Assembly: GCA_965204745.1 (NCBI GenBank)
Contig: OZ242010.1
Location: 512,001 to 576,000 of the forward strand
Source: Candidatus Latescibacterota bacterium
GTDB lineage: Bacteria; Latescibacterota; UBA2968
Reading direction: 5' to 3'
Length of the DNA stretch: 64,000 nucleotides
Shown here one piece after another: positions 1-10,454 of the stretch. Under the pieces are notes generated by a model. The model saw only the letters and a list, made by a program, of their open reading frames with translations, did no database searches and was not told where the DNA came from. Each line of letters starts with the position of its first letter. Position 1 is the stretch's first letter. The position numbers were made by a program, and so were the translations under genes.

Positions 1-414
1 GGCGACATAAGCCGACTTGGGAGACAGCGCGTCCCAAGGCCGCAACAGGGAATAACAATTTAGAACTTTGTCCACGAAATCGCGGTTGCGTCCAAACGAA
101 CACGACAGCCGAATCACGATGGGCGCGGGACACACATGCCGGAAAAACGCGAGATCATCTGCTTTGGGTTCAAACATCGCGACACCGTCAAAATTCTGCC
201 GCGCAAACCATTGCCGAGCCGACTCAATCGTCTCGAATGCCTGGCGGATCCCATGCAAATTCGGGCCGTAATCCATGGCCTCAGACGCTGGCACATACAC
301 CTCGCAACAGCGCGACAACGCCTCGATGTGGTTGTATCCCGAAAGGGACGCGCCACTGTTTGATTGCACGACTTTCTCTGGGTCGTGATACGGATGGGGG
401 ACGTAGATCTTCAT
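1..414 (-). CDS. 5' part of a gene running off the window edge; hypothetical, possibly glycosyltransferase-related
   Basis: ATG at 414 with GAGG upstream; open frame MKIYVPHPYHDPEKVVQ...LRPWDALSPKSAYVA to position 1 with no stop (absent from the ORF track); directly downstream of a GT gene. Confidence 0.6.
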   Translation of the reverse strand, partial: MKIYVPHPYHDPEKVVQSNSGASLSGYNHIEALSRCCEVYVPASEAMDYGPNLHGIRQAFETIESARQWFARQNFDGVAMFEPKADDLAFFRHVCPAPIVIRLSCSFGRNRDFVDKVLNCYSLLRPWDALSPKSAYVA

Positions 415-449
415 TGTGAACCTCAGGGGAGTAATGGGGGATCAAAGTG

Positions 450-2960
450 TCAGTTGCGGATCGCCGATTCCATAAATATTCGCGTTTGCGCCGCGCCATC
501 GAGGGCGAGCGGGTGGTTGGGCACCGTGCGGTTGAGCGCGTCTCGAATGGCGGTTGCCATCCCGGTTGCAGACAGGTGATCTGGGTGGATCACCTGCGCG
601 AGGCCCAAATCCATCAACCGCCGGGCGCGAAATTCCTGATCGTCCATCGCAATGCTCGGCACGAAAATGGCCGGGGGTTGCGTCTCGAGCACGTTCATAC
701 ACGTATTGTAGCCCGCGCGGCTGATCGACAAATCCGCATGGTTCATCCAAGGCAAAAAGTGGGACGTGAAGCGTTCCAAGCGAAACGGCCCGTCCGCGCA
801 CGAGTCGCGCAGGGCGTCAAAATGCGCGTCTTCGATAAACGCGCCAGCAAAAATCACCATCTCGCGGCCGTCGAGCGCGCCTTCTTTGTCCAACCGTTTC
901 CACGCTTCAATGCACGGCGCCGCGAGCGCAATGCCCTCGGCTCCGCCGCCCGCGCTGACCAAAACGTACCGGTCAGGGGCGCGCTCGGGCCGCGAATCGC
1001 CTTCTAGCTTTTCGGAAACGAATCCCGTATAGACCACGGGAATGCCGATGTCCTCTACCCATGGAAAGTGATCTTCCAAGCGCGACAACTGCGGGTCGCC
1101 GTGGACCAACACCGCGTCAAAATACAGATTCAAGATCGGCACGACCTCTTCGTAATAACGCCGATTAAAAGACAGGTGCTCGTGATGGATTCCGCCAAAG
1201 GGCACGGAGTAAAACCGCACGGCATCGCCATCGCGGCGCGGCGCAAACTCGGTGGCCGGCTGCAACCCATCGCCCTTTGCCCGCGTGGGAATATCGCGCA
1301 GGGAACACACCACTTGCGCGCTCGGATCGAGCTGGTTGCACTTGGCGATGGTATTGAGAATTTCGCTTTTGAGGGACCAGCGGCTAAAGGGGAAGAACTC
1401 GACGCACAACACGTCTGGGCGAATGCGTTCCATCGCCTCAAAAAGCCCGATCTGCCGCTCGTACATCGCGGCCTGCAAATCCCCTCGGCCATCCGCCGGC
1501 TCGAGGCCGTGCGCGCCTGCACGGAGCGCGCGCAAGGGAATGCGCGCAATGCGTTCATCGAGGTCCACACCAGGAACCGGGCGCCCGCCGTCGATGAAAT
1601 ACACATCGCAGGTTTTGACCAGTTCATCGACGATTTGCCGGTTGCGGAAGTGATGCCCCACGCCGATGAGGTGTTGGCTGTAAAACGCGATGCGTTTGCG
1701 CGGCGGTTCGACAGGCGCGGTGGATTTTTGCGGCGGCCGCGCCGAAAGCGCGGTTTCGTAGATCCCGCGGTAGCGCGCCACGACGCGCGTCCAGGCGCGC
1801 TCTGCGTGAACCCATTGGCGCGCCTGTTGCCCCAGGCGCGCTCGCAGTGCGGGTTGTGCGATGAGTTCCGCGCAGGTCCGCGTGAGACTTTTGACATCGT
1901 CGGCCACAAAAACGCGCCCGGTTTCGCCATCTGCCACGCCTTCTTTGAGTGCGCCCACGTCGCTGACAATAACGGCTTTTTGCATCGCCATGGCTTCGTA
2001 GGGCTTCATCGGCGCGACCAGTTCGGTCACGCGACTGCGCGTGCGCGGAATGACAAACACATCGATCAATGTGTAATACGCCGCGACTTCGGCGTGGGGG
2101 ATTTGTCCGGTAAAGATCGCGGCGTCTTGGAGGCCGCACGCCTGGGCTTCGCGCTGCAAGTTCGGCAAGTCCCTGCCGCCGCCCACGATCAGCACTTTGA
2201 GGTTGGGGTGTCGCCCCTTGAGTCGTTCGCATGAGCGCAACAGGAGATGCAAGCCTTCGAGGGAGCGCACGAGGCCCACATAGCCGAGGACGACATCGGT
2301 CGGTTCGATGCCCAAGCGCGCGCCGAGGTCATGCGCGCGGGGTTGCGGCGCGGCGAACTCGGCGACGCCGTTGGGCACCACGCCGATTTTGTGTTCGTCA
2401 ATGCCCTCGCGGACACATTCGGCTTTGAGGACTTCGGACAATGTCACCACCGCGTCGGCGCGTTGCATGGCTTGGACGTGCTGCGCGTGTTGCGCCTGAT
2501 ACGCTTCTGAATCGGGCGACAGCATGCCTTGCGCGACGCCGCTGTCGTGCCACAAGCCCCGCACTTCGTACACGACGGGCAGGCCGTAGTGATGGCCCAT
2601 GTCGATGGCGATTTGCGCGTTTCGGCCCGGCGACGCCGCGTGCAACAGGTCGGGTTTTTCCGTTTCGATGGCCCGCGCAACGCGCTTGCAAAATTGACGC
2701 GCCTGCCCCTCACCATAGATTTGGGGAATCGCGGGTTCGCCCAGTCGCTGTGCCATCCGCGCCATGTGTTCTTCGGTGGTATTTCGCAAGTAGGGCACGC
2801 CGTCGATATAGTCATGCCCAGCTGCGGGCGCGCCCCATCGGGTGAGCACGACCGGGTCAAAGCCAAGTGCTTTTTGCGCGTTGACGATGTACTGACTCCG
2901 CAGACTGTAGCCGCTTTGGCGGTGTGGCAACGAAATATCCAAGATGTGTAGTATTTTCAT
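450..2960 (-). CDS. Fused glycosyltransferase: N-terminal GT4 plus C-terminal GT-B (COG4671/GT28-like) domain
   Basis: Start MKILHILD; GT4 features SGYSLRS, YEVRGLW, PMKPYEAMA; second domain YSQHLIGVGH, SAGGG, SRAGYNT. Confidence 0.85.
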   Translation of the reverse strand: MKILHILDISLPHRQSGYSLRSQYIVNAQKALGFDPVVLTRWGAPAAGHDYIDGVPYLRNTTEEHMARMAQRLGEPAIPQIYGEGQARQFCKRVARAIETEKPDLLHAASPGRNAQIAIDMGHHYGLPVVYEVRGLWHDSGVAQGMLSPDSEAYQAQHAQHVQAMQRADAVVTLSEVLKAECVREGIDEHKIGVVPNGVAEFAAPQPRAHDLGARLGIEPTDVVLGYVGLVRSLEGLHLLLRSCERLKGRHPNLKVLIVGGGRDLPNLQREAQACGLQDAAIFTGQIPHAEVAAYYTLIDVFVIPRTRSRVTELVAPMKPYEAMAMQKAVIVSDVGALKEGVADGETGRVFVADDVKSLTRTCAELIAQPALRARLGQQARQWVHAERAWTRVVARYRGIYETALSARPPQKSTAPVEPPRKRIAFYSQHLIGVGHHFRNRQIVDELVKTCDVYFIDGGRPVPGVDLDERIARIPLRALRAGAHGLEPADGRGDLQAAMYERQIGLFEAMERIRPDVLCVEFFPFSRWSLKSEILNTIAKCNQLDPSAQVVCSLRDIPTRAKGDGLQPATEFAPRRDGDAVRFYSVPFGGIHHEHLSFNRRYYEEVVPILNLYFDAVLVHGDPQLSRLEDHFPWVEDIGIPVVYTGFVSEKLEGDSRPERAPDRYVLVSAGGGAEGIALAAPCIEAWKRLDKEGALDGREMVIFAGAFIEDAHFDALRDSCADGPFRLERFTSHFLPWMNHADLSISRAGYNTCMNVLETQPPAIFVPSIAMDDQEFRARRLMDLGLAQVIHPDHLSATGMATAIRDALNRTVPNHPLALDGAAQTRIFMESAIRN

Positions 2961-3038
2961 CGCGCTATCTCTGCGTTGACCTGCGTTATCGCTGCGTTCA
3001 CTGCGTCGGGAAGTTTCTGTGCTTGCGCGCAATAGACT

Positions 3039-3054
3039 TGCAATTGCCATGCCA
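3039..3054 (-). promoter_or_regulatory. Putative sigma-54 (-24/-12) promoter of the GT operon
   Basis: Minus strand TGGCATGGCAATTGCA = GG-N10-GC, ~80 nt upstream of the GT start. Confidence 0.6.
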
Positions 3055-3290
3055 CTTTTGCACAACCGCAAAAAAAAACGCCTCAGAATGTTCTAAGGCG
3101 CGAGAAAACAAGGAGATAGGTGCGATACCCGCAACCACACGCTCGGCGCGTTGCACAACCGTACCGATCACTTTTTTCACCCCCGGCTATGGTGCTAACT
3201 CGTGAACGCGCTGTATCCGTCCGTAACACCGTGTAAAATCAATGGGTTGCGCGTGTGTGCAATTCGTTCTATCGCAATGCCCAAAAATGA

Positions 3291-3318
3291 AAACGCCGAC
3301 TGACAACCGTCGGCGTTT
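3291..3318 (-). terminator. Rho-independent terminator after the ABC operon
   Basis: AAACGCCGAC-8nt-GTCGGCGTTT followed by TCATTTTT on the minus strand. Confidence 0.7.
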
Positions 3319-3335
3319 GCGAGTTGGCTTAATTT

Positions 3336-4022
3336 TTACGGTGGCGCGTCTCGTTCGATGCGGCCGTCTCGGAGGCGCACGACGCGCAGGGTGCGGCGGG
3401 CCACGTCTTCCTCGTGCGTGACGACCAAAACCGTTTGCCCCTGCTGGTGGAGGTGGTCAAAAATGGTCAAAATTTCGTCGCCTGTTCGCGTATCCAAATT
3501 GCCGGTGGGTTCATCGGCTAGCAGAATGGCCGGCGCGTTCACCAATGCGCGGGCGATGGCGACGCGCTGGCGTTGACCGCCGGACAACTCGTTTGGTCGA
3601 TGGGTCATGCGGTCGGCTAGGCCCACGCGATCTAGCGTGGCTTTGGCCCGTTCCCTGCGCTGGCGTCTGGACATGCCCGTGTAAATCAGCGGCAGTTCCA
3701 CGTTTTGCAAGGCGGTTGCGCGGCTGAGCAAGTTGAAGGTCTGAAACACAAATCCGATTTTGCGGTTTCGCACCTCCGCGAGGGCATCCCCTTTCATCGC
3801 GCTGACCGCTTCCCCGTCCAAAACGTATTGCCCGGCCGAGGGCGTGTCCAAACAGCCGAGGATATTGAGCAAGGTCGATTTGCCGGATCCAGAGGGACCC
3901 ATAATCGCTAGGTACTCGTTTTGAACGACCCGAAAGGAAATATCCCGCAGCGCGTAAACGGTTTCCGCGCCCATCTGATAGGTTTTTCGCACCGCATCAA
4001 TTTGGATCTGCGCCTTATTCAT
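3336..4022 (-). CDS. ABC transporter ATP-binding protein (LolD/MacB family)
   Basis: [28 protein letters not shown]; likely start MNKAQIQ overlapping the permease stop. Confidence 0.92.
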   Translation of the reverse strand: MNKAQIQIDAVRKTYQMGAETVYALRDISFRVVQNEYLAIMGPSGSGKSTLLNILGCLDTPSAGQYVLDGEAVSAMKGDALAEVRNRKIGFVFQTFNLLSRATALQNVELPLIYTGMSRRQRRERAKATLDRVGLADRMTHRPNELSGGQRQRVAIARALVNAPAILLADEPTGNLDTRTGDEILTIFDHLHQQGQTVLVVTHEEDVARRTLRVVRLRDGRIERDAPP

Positions 4023-5241
4023 AGCGCAATGCCTCGACCGGATCCAATGCCGATGCGCGGGCCGCGGGATAAACCCCGAAAAACACGCCGATGCCGCCCG
4101 ATATCGCGACTGCCAACAGCACCGCGCTTCCGGAAACCACGCTGGGAAACTCGGCTTCGGAATAGTATTCAATCAAAGAGGAAATGCCAACCCCGAACCC
4201 GATCCCACACAAAATCCCGATCAAGCCGCCGAACAGGCTCAGCACGGCCGATTCGATGATAAACTGAACGAGGATATGCACGCGCTTGGCCCCTACGGCC
4301 TTGCGAATGCCGATTTCGCGCGTGCGTTCCGTCACCGACACGAGCATGATATTCATAATGCCGATGCCCCCCACCATCAGGGAAATGCCCGCGATGCCCC
4401 CGCCCACGAGTTTCATGACCAGCGTGACGTTGTCCACATCCTCCAAAACGCGCTCTCCGGTGTCCACGCGAAAGGCATCCCCGCGTTTGTGCAATCGCTT
4501 CAGCACTTTTCTGATGTCCCGCGTGACGGATTTGACGTGGGCGGTATTTTCCACATAGAGAAAAATGACACTGTAATAATCGTTGCCCACCACGCGCTTT
4601 TGCAAGGTGGTCACGGGCACGACGATCTGGTTGCCCCAATCGCGGCCAAAAAATGACCGGGGTTTCATCACCCCGATGACCGTATAGCGTTCGCCATTGA
4701 GTTTCACTTCTCGGCCGACTGGATCGAGGGCGCCAAAAAGGTCTTCGGCGATTTTGTCGCCAACCACGCACACGCGCCGCCAGGTTTTCACGTCCCAATT
4801 CGACAAAAACCGCCCGCGCGCCAGTTCCCAATCCATCGCTTGGTGATAGCCCGGCAAGGTGCCTTGCACTTCGCCGGTTGCAGAGGCTTTTTGATAGCGC
4901 GCCTGCGCGTTCCATCCCACTAGGGGAAGGGCCGCGCGGAGGTGAGCCACTTCCGCCTCTATGGCCCTCAAATCCCGCGATGTCAGATATTCCCGCCACG
5001 AGCGCGGCACTCGCCGTCCGTTTTTGATCTGGTAGGTGCGCGGCGGCAACACGACCACCAAATTGGCGCCGCCTACTTGTGAAAACTGCGACACGAGGGA
5101 GTGCCGAAGGCCCTCGCCGATAGATACGACCCCGATCACAGAGCCGACCCCTATCGTAATCCCCAAGATGGTCAACAGGGATCGCAGGGCGTTTGCCCGC
5201 AACTGGGACAAGCCGATCAAAAACAGATCGAGCGCGTTCAT
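4015..5241 (-). CDS. ABC transporter permease (MacB/FtsX family)
   Basis: [51 protein letters not shown]. Confidence 0.93.
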   Translation of the reverse strand: MNALDLFLIGLSQLRANALRSLLTILGITIGVGSVIGVVSIGEGLRHSLVSQFSQVGGANLVVVLPPRTYQIKNGRRVPRSWREYLTSRDLRAIEAEVAHLRAALPLVGWNAQARYQKASATGEVQGTLPGYHQAMDWELARGRFLSNWDVKTWRRVCVVGDKIAEDLFGALDPVGREVKLNGERYTVIGVMKPRSFFGRDWGNQIVVPVTTLQKRVVGNDYYSVIFLYVENTAHVKSVTRDIRKVLKRLHKRGDAFRVDTGERVLEDVDNVTLVMKLVGGGIAGISLMVGGIGIMNIMLVSVTERTREIGIRKAVGAKRVHILVQFIIESAVLSLFGGLIGILCGIGFGVGISSLIEYYSEAEFPSVVSGSAVLLAVAISGGIGVFFGVYPAARASALDPVEALRYE

Positions 5242-6440
5242 TCGTCGCGTTCCTCTTCGCGCTTTTTGAACAGTTTTTCAGCATCGGCGGCAACCGAATC
5301 TTCCGTTGTCAGGCCGGCCAGGACTTCCACGCGGATATCCGATTTCAACCCCACCCGGATCTCGCGTTCGGCAAAGGTATCTCGTCGTGCAAAAACCACA
5401 AATCGCCCGCGCGTGCCCTTTTTGTCGCCTTCTCGCGCATCGGCTTCAAATTGTTCATACACGGCCTCGAGTGGCAAATAGAGCGCGGAATCGCGCCGGG
5501 CAAACACGATATCGACATCGCACGACATCCCCTGACGCAACCGCGGTTCCCGATCCAAAATTCGGATTTCGGTTTCAAACGCGACGATGTTACTCCCCTG
5601 CCGAATTTGCCCCACGGGTGCGATGCGATACACCTCGCCGCGATACGTCGTATCTGGATACGCATCTACGATAATGCGAACGGCTTGCCCCGGCGAGAGC
5701 CTCCCCACATCGACTTCGCTGATGTGGGATTTGACCATCATCAGACTCGGGTCCCCAATCTCAAACAATTTGGTGCCCGTCACGGTGGAAAGAATGCCCG
5801 AAACCACCACCTCGCCGATTTCCACGGGGCGCGCAATGACGATGCCAGACGCGGGCGCCAACACGCGCACATTGTCCAATTGCGCCTTGGACGAGTGCCC
5901 TTTTGATTGCTGAATATTCGACCGCGTCTCCAGCGTCTCCAGTTCGAGGCGCGCCAGTTGGTACGCGTTTTGTGTCTTTTCGAGTTGATCGCGGATGCGC
6001 TCGATTTCCTCTTCGGCGATCAAGTTCTGCTTTTTCAGGGCTTCTTTGCGCGCCAAGTCCTTGCGGACCTGCTCGAGGTCGATCCGCACCCGCTCGACCG
6101 CTGCGCGTTTGTTGTAGAGTTGCAAGGTCTGATTGGGATCCGGGCGAATGATCGCCAGCATGTCGCCTGCGGCCACGGCCTGGCCCGGTTCGGCAAACAA
6201 ATGCACTATTTCGCCCGATACCGTGGATTTGACCTCGACGGTACGCACAAATTCGATGCGCCCGGTCTCCTTGAGTTGTTCCACAACAGCCCCGCGACGC
6301 ACGGGCACGGTCTCGATGTCTCGCGTTGGGCTTTTCGTTTTGTTTTGCTTTTGCAAATTGAACGCGATCATGCCAGCCACCGCGGCCAGCCCGATTGCGC
6401 CGATGATCAATTTGCGCGTTTTAGACCAAGACGCCGCCAC
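5238..6440 (-). CDS. Efflux periplasmic adaptor subunit (MacA/HlyD family)
   Basis: N-terminal TM, lipoyl-like VKSTVSGEI and APASGIV, coiled coil, ISEVDVGRLSPGQ. Confidence 0.9.
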   Translation of the reverse strand: MAASWSKTRKLIIGAIGLAAVAGMIAFNLQKQNKTKSPTRDIETVPVRRGAVVEQLKETGRIEFVRTVEVKSTVSGEIVHLFAEPGQAVAAGDMLAIIRPDPNQTLQLYNKRAAVERVRIDLEQVRKDLARKEALKKQNLIAEEEIERIRDQLEKTQNAYQLARLELETLETRSNIQQSKGHSSKAQLDNVRVLAPASGIVIARPVEIGEVVVSGILSTVTGTKLFEIGDPSLMMVKSHISEVDVGRLSPGQAVRIIVDAYPDTTYRGEVYRIAPVGQIRQGSNIVAFETEIRILDREPRLRQGMSCDVDIVFARRDSALYLPLEAVYEQFEADAREGDKKGTRGRFVVFARRDTFAEREIRVGLKSDIRVEVLAGLTTEDSVAADAEKLFKKREEERDE

Positions 6441-7133
6441 TTATCCTCCAAGCCCTTTCGACCACCCTTGCAATGCAGCCGCACCCAGCGCGTACAGGAC
6501 GAACAAGACAAAGACGCCGATAGCCGCCTTTTTGGTGGAAATGCCCGAGACAATCCCCAGTCCAATGGCAGTCAAAGCACATTGCCAGACAGAAAAAACG
6601 CTCAGCGTATTCAAAAAGGATGCGAGAAAACTCTCGGCCATCGAATCGGGCAACAACAACCCCAATCCGACTTGCACCTCCATGGATTCTTTTGCAATCA
6701 TCAAAGGAATTGTCACAATCGCGCTCGGAATGTTCACCAGCAAACCATAACTGCTCACTGCCAGCACATGTCTGTACGTCGTTTCGCCGCCCAGCACGAG
6801 CCGCGCAAGCCCCAGCAATATCGCAGCGAGCACAAACAGCATAATAGCAACGCCAAACGTCGCGCCGATCACCGTCGACACCCTGCCAATGGCCTGTGCG
6901 TGCTCGCCAGCATCTTTGAGTGCCGCATTCATCTCCTCATCCATGAGCGGCGTGAGCATATACATGCCCACGCCGCTCACAATCATCACCAAAATGAGGG
7001 GCACCAACCAATCTGCGACACTGACGCGCGCCCGCACGGCCTCAAATGTCGCGCCCGGGGAAACGAACACGCCCACCATGCGTTTGACGAGCCCCATATC
7101 TTCTCCCTGCACAACTTCTGGCGAATCTGCCAT
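6441..7133 (-). CDS. Yip1-family membrane protein
   Basis: FVSPGATFE motif, about five TM segments, typical position ahead of MacAB-type genes. Confidence 0.75.
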   Translation of the reverse strand: MADSPEVVQGEDMGLVKRMVGVFVSPGATFEAVRARVSVADWLVPLILVMIVSGVGMYMLTPLMDEEMNAALKDAGEHAQAIGRVSTVIGATFGVAIMLFVLAAILLGLARLVLGGETTYRHVLAVSSYGLLVNIPSAIVTIPLMIAKESMEVQVGLGLLLPDSMAESFLASFLNTLSVFSVWQCALTAIGLGIVSGISTKKAAIGVFVLFVLYALGAAALQGWSKGLGG

Positions 7134-7229
7134 AACACCCTCCTCTGTGAAAAACGTGTGAAAAAACGAACGCGGAAGATAACCCCATCCCGCGCAAAGT
7201 CAACGGCGCTGTATGAACGACATGTCTCT

Positions 7230-7246
7230 CGCAAATGTCGTGCCGA
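7230..7246 (-). promoter_or_regulatory. Putative sigma-54 promoter of the Yip1-MacAB operon
   Basis: Minus strand CGGCACGACATTTGCG, close to consensus TGGCACG-N4-TTGC, ~100 nt upstream of the Yip1 start. Confidence 0.65.
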
Positions 7247-7453
7247 AAACAAAAAATACCTCGGAATATTCCAAGACGCGAAAAAACAAGGCACGATGCA
7301 AAATACCCACAACCACACACTGAGCGCATTGTGGGTCATTTTTTTCAATCGGGATTGGCGAAGGTGAACATTTTGTTCCAGACCCCAAGCGGTCAACAAA
7401 GTTTTTCGTCATTCCTGCGAGTGAGTGACTTTTGTCTTTCCCGTGCCCACCTA

Positions 7454-8938
7454 TCAGATTGCCTTCCGCATACGCGCAGAGCCGATGTTGAGTTGATCGC
7501 GGTACTTGGCGACTGTGCGCCGGGCGAGTTTGATGCCTTCTCGTTTCAACATATCCGAGATGCGTTGATCGCTCAATGGGTGCTTTGGGTCTTCGTCTCG
7601 GATGAGGGTTGCGATTTTTTCCTTCATGCTCTGGGCCGAGATATCCTCGCCGTCGTATCGGCTGATGCCGCTGTCAAAAAAATATTTCAATTCGCAAACG
7701 CCGTGGGGGGTTTGTACGTATTTGCCATTGCTCACCCGGCTGATGGTCGAAATGTGCATCTGCACGCGGTCCGCCACTTCTTGCAACACCATGGGCTTGA
7801 GAAACCCGGGGCCTCGGTCGAAAAATTCGAGTTGATTTTCCACGATACACCGCATGACTTTGAGCATGGTTGCGCGGCGTTGGTGGATCGCGTTGATAAA
7901 CCAGCGCGCGGAATTGAGTTTGTCAACGACGAATTTTTTGGTCTCCCGAAATTTTTGGGCATCGCGCACGGCGTTGTCCGATTGGCTGAGCAGGGTGCGG
8001 TAGATGGGGCTGACGCGCAACTCGGGCAAGGTGCGGTCCGTCAGGGAAACGACGTATTCGTCTCCCACCTTTTGCACTTCGAGATCCGGGATGACGTGGT
8101 TGAGATTGACCGCGGGCTCGGGTTCGATATTGGGTTTGGGGTTGAGCGCGGAGAGGACTTCTTCAACCTCGCGCATCTCCTCCACACTCGCGTTGAGCGC
8201 GAGGGCGATTTGCCCAAACCGCCGGTTGAGCCAGTCGTCTAAATGCTCGCGCACGACCTTTGTCACCAGGCCATTTGTGATGTTTTTCGCTTTGAGTTGG
8301 ATCTGCAAACACTCTCGCAAATTGCGCGCGCCCACGCCCGTTGGATCGAATGTTTGGATGACGTCCAAAACGCGTTCCACCTCGTCGCGCGCCACGCCCA
8401 AAACCTCTGCGGCCTCTCCGAGCGCGCCTTCGAGAAACCCGTGTTCGTCGAGGTTGCCGATGAGATATTCGGCGATTCTGCGGTCACTCGGAGACAGGTC
8501 CGTCAGCGCCAGTTGATCCAAGAGGGAATCCCTGAGCGTTTTTTCACTCGCACTGTCATTGCGCCAGTCTTCGGCATTGGGATCGAATTCTTCGCGTGGG
8601 CTGGCGTATCCGGAGTCGTTCAAGTAGAGTTCCCAGTCTTGCTCGTCAAACAAATCCTTGTCGAGCGTGTCCAAATCCGATTCGTCAAATTCCAATTCTT
8701 CGAGGGGTTCTTCTTCCCGGTCGTCGTCCGCTGGTTCGGCTTCGGGTTCTTCTCGTGCCAAGTCCAAGTCCAAGTCCACATCTTCGTCGATTTCCAAGAG
8801 CGGGTTGATTTCCAGCTCTCGTTGAATCAACTGCCCCAAGTCCGCGGTCGACAGTTGCAATATCCGCAAAGACTGGATGAGTTGCGGCGCCAGCTTTTGC
8901 TGTACGCCCTGAAATTGTTTGTTGCCGATCTGTATCAT
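7454..8938 (-). CDS. rpoN: RNA polymerase sigma-54 factor
   Basis: Q/L-rich region I, PTGVGARNLRECL, HISTISR, RpoN box ARRTVAKYR. Confidence 0.98.
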   Translation of the reverse strand: MIQIGNKQFQGVQQKLAPQLIQSLRILQLSTADLGQLIQRELEINPLLEIDEDVDLDLDLAREEPEAEPADDDREEEPLEELEFDESDLDTLDKDLFDEQDWELYLNDSGYASPREEFDPNAEDWRNDSASEKTLRDSLLDQLALTDLSPSDRRIAEYLIGNLDEHGFLEGALGEAAEVLGVARDEVERVLDVIQTFDPTGVGARNLRECLQIQLKAKNITNGLVTKVVREHLDDWLNRRFGQIALALNASVEEMREVEEVLSALNPKPNIEPEPAVNLNHVIPDLEVQKVGDEYVVSLTDRTLPELRVSPIYRTLLSQSDNAVRDAQKFRETKKFVVDKLNSARWFINAIHQRRATMLKVMRCIVENQLEFFDRGPGFLKPMVLQEVADRVQMHISTISRVSNGKYVQTPHGVCELKYFFDSGISRYDGEDISAQSMKEKIATLIRDEDPKHPLSDQRISDMLKREGIKLARRTVAKYRDQLNIGSARMRKAI

Positions 8939-8952
8939 GGCTTAAACCGCGT

Positions 8953-9501
8953 TCAAATTTTGTTCACGACATCGCCCACCCGTATCGCGCCCGGGCAGAT
9001 GACCTTGGCATTGATCCCGCGCAACTGGAGCTGTTTGCCCACCGGGGAATTGACGAATTGCAGCGCGTCCAGTCCAAAACGGGCCGCGAATTTTTTACAT
9101 CCGGTATGGGGCTGGTCCGTGACTTCGATCACGGCCTCGCCCAAGCGCAACCGGGTGCCCGGCGGCACATTCTCCGCGCTCAAATCGAGGTCGATGTACA
9201 ACTGATCTCCGGCCAGTGCCCAGCGGTCCTTCTGTTGCGCCAATAGGGCGATCACGCGGCTGTTCATGACATTGAGTTGCATGTCCGGATGAGCCGACCC
9301 ATCTGCGGTTCGAGAACTGCCGCGGGCCTTATAGTTGTCGCCCACGAGTCCTTCGTCCAAGTCGAGCATCCCAACGTCCAAAACCTCCCGCGCCTCGACC
9401 TGCGGCCGGCGCACGATCAACGCCAACACCCCTGCCTCCGCGGGCGATTGCCGAATCGCGTCCAACCCCGCCTCCAACTGTTCCATCGTCAAATGCGCCA
9501 T
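8953..9501 (-). CDS. MOSC domain protein
   Basis: GLVGDN, AGDQLYIDLDLS, PHTGCKKF, RGINAKV. Confidence 0.85.
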   Translation of the reverse strand: MAHLTMEQLEAGLDAIRQSPAEAGVLALIVRRPQVEAREVLDVGMLDLDEGLVGDNYKARGSSRTADGSAHPDMQLNVMNSRVIALLAQQKDRWALAGDQLYIDLDLSAENVPPGTRLRLGEAVIEVTDQPHTGCKKFAARFGLDALQFVNSPVGKQLQLRGINAKVICPGAIRVGDVVNKI

Positions 9502-9510
9502 TTTTTTCCC

Positions 9511-9993
9511 TCATCGGTGATCGATAATGGGAAAGTACTCTTCCCAGTTATCTCTGTATTGCGACAAGTCACGACCACTACAGGTGATGCTCGCTCCTGC
9601 GAAACGCAATCGCAAAGTCAGCCTGTCCTTGTATTCGCTCCCAATTCTATACTGGCTGTGTTCCTCATTTAGGGTTTTCCTGTTAATCACGACAAAAGCA
9701 TCCCAACGGTCGTAAACCCGGATGGCAAACACGTAAATTAAGTCTGGTATTATCCTCGTTCTAAGTTGCGGGAATGAAATATTGAATTGCACGCTATACC
9801 CAGACTTCAACGGCTTCGCCAAAGCCGTTTTTACTTGAACGCGATGCATATCCCCGGCCCTATCGTGTACGACGAAAATATCGTCGCCCACATCTACTTC
9901 GGGAATGGCTGTATTCCATCCTCTGAGCAATAGTTCCGCCATAACCGCGAGGTGGCCTGCCCTACCAGTATATTGAGTGCCCTTTTTAGACAT
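9511..9993 (-). CDS. PD-(D/E)XK-like nuclease-fold protein
   Basis: G.AG..AVMAELL..GW, VDVGDDIFV, RVQVKT pattern; lower GC than flanks. Confidence 0.6.
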   Translation of the reverse strand: MSKKGTQYTGRAGHLAVMAELLLRGWNTAIPEVDVGDDIFVVHDRAGDMHRVQVKTALAKPLKSGYSVQFNISFPQLRTRIIPDLIYVFAIRVYDRWDAFVVINRKTLNEEHSQYRIGSEYKDRLTLRLRFAGASITCSGRDLSQYRDNWEEYFPIIDHR

Positions 9994-10297
9994 GTTGTAC
10001 CGAAGGCTCAAAGAGTGTTTGTAGCGTCCTGGGATCTACAAATACGACCTTGCCGAGTTCCTGCAATTTTTCTGCCGGAAGGCCCGTTAAAATTTCTGCA
10101 ATATGTTTCCAAATTGGACCATGCAGAAACTCAAAATCTGTTTTGATCGCGTATATATCGTCATAAGAGATAAACACGCAGGAAGCTGGAACCGGCTCTT
10201 TGGGCAGTTGATCCTTTATCGCTGCTTTGCTTCTCGGTTCGAGCGTGCAGGTATAGCCATCGAGTTGCTTAGCGGCGTAAATCGTGATTTCAGACAT
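9986..10297 (-). CDS. Small hypothetical protein overlapping the nuclease-like gene
   Basis: GGAGG RBS, start MSEITIY, stop overlaps the next start. Confidence 0.6.
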   Translation of the reverse strand: MSEITIYAAKQLDGYTCTLEPRSKAAIKDQLPKEPVPASCVFISYDDIYAIKTDFEFLHGPIWKHIAEILTGLPAEKLQELGKVVFVDPRTLQTLFEPSVQHV

Positions 10298-10454
10298 CGT
10301 GCGTTCCTCCAACGAGTTTATGCGTCACGCCTCGATCTCTTGGGGCTGACGCTTGACGACAGATACTTCAATTCTCAGCGCACCTACTGCCGAGTTGTAA
10401 CGGGCATTTGCTACAAATAATAACAAATAACAGAGGGCGTTGTAAACCCCTTTC

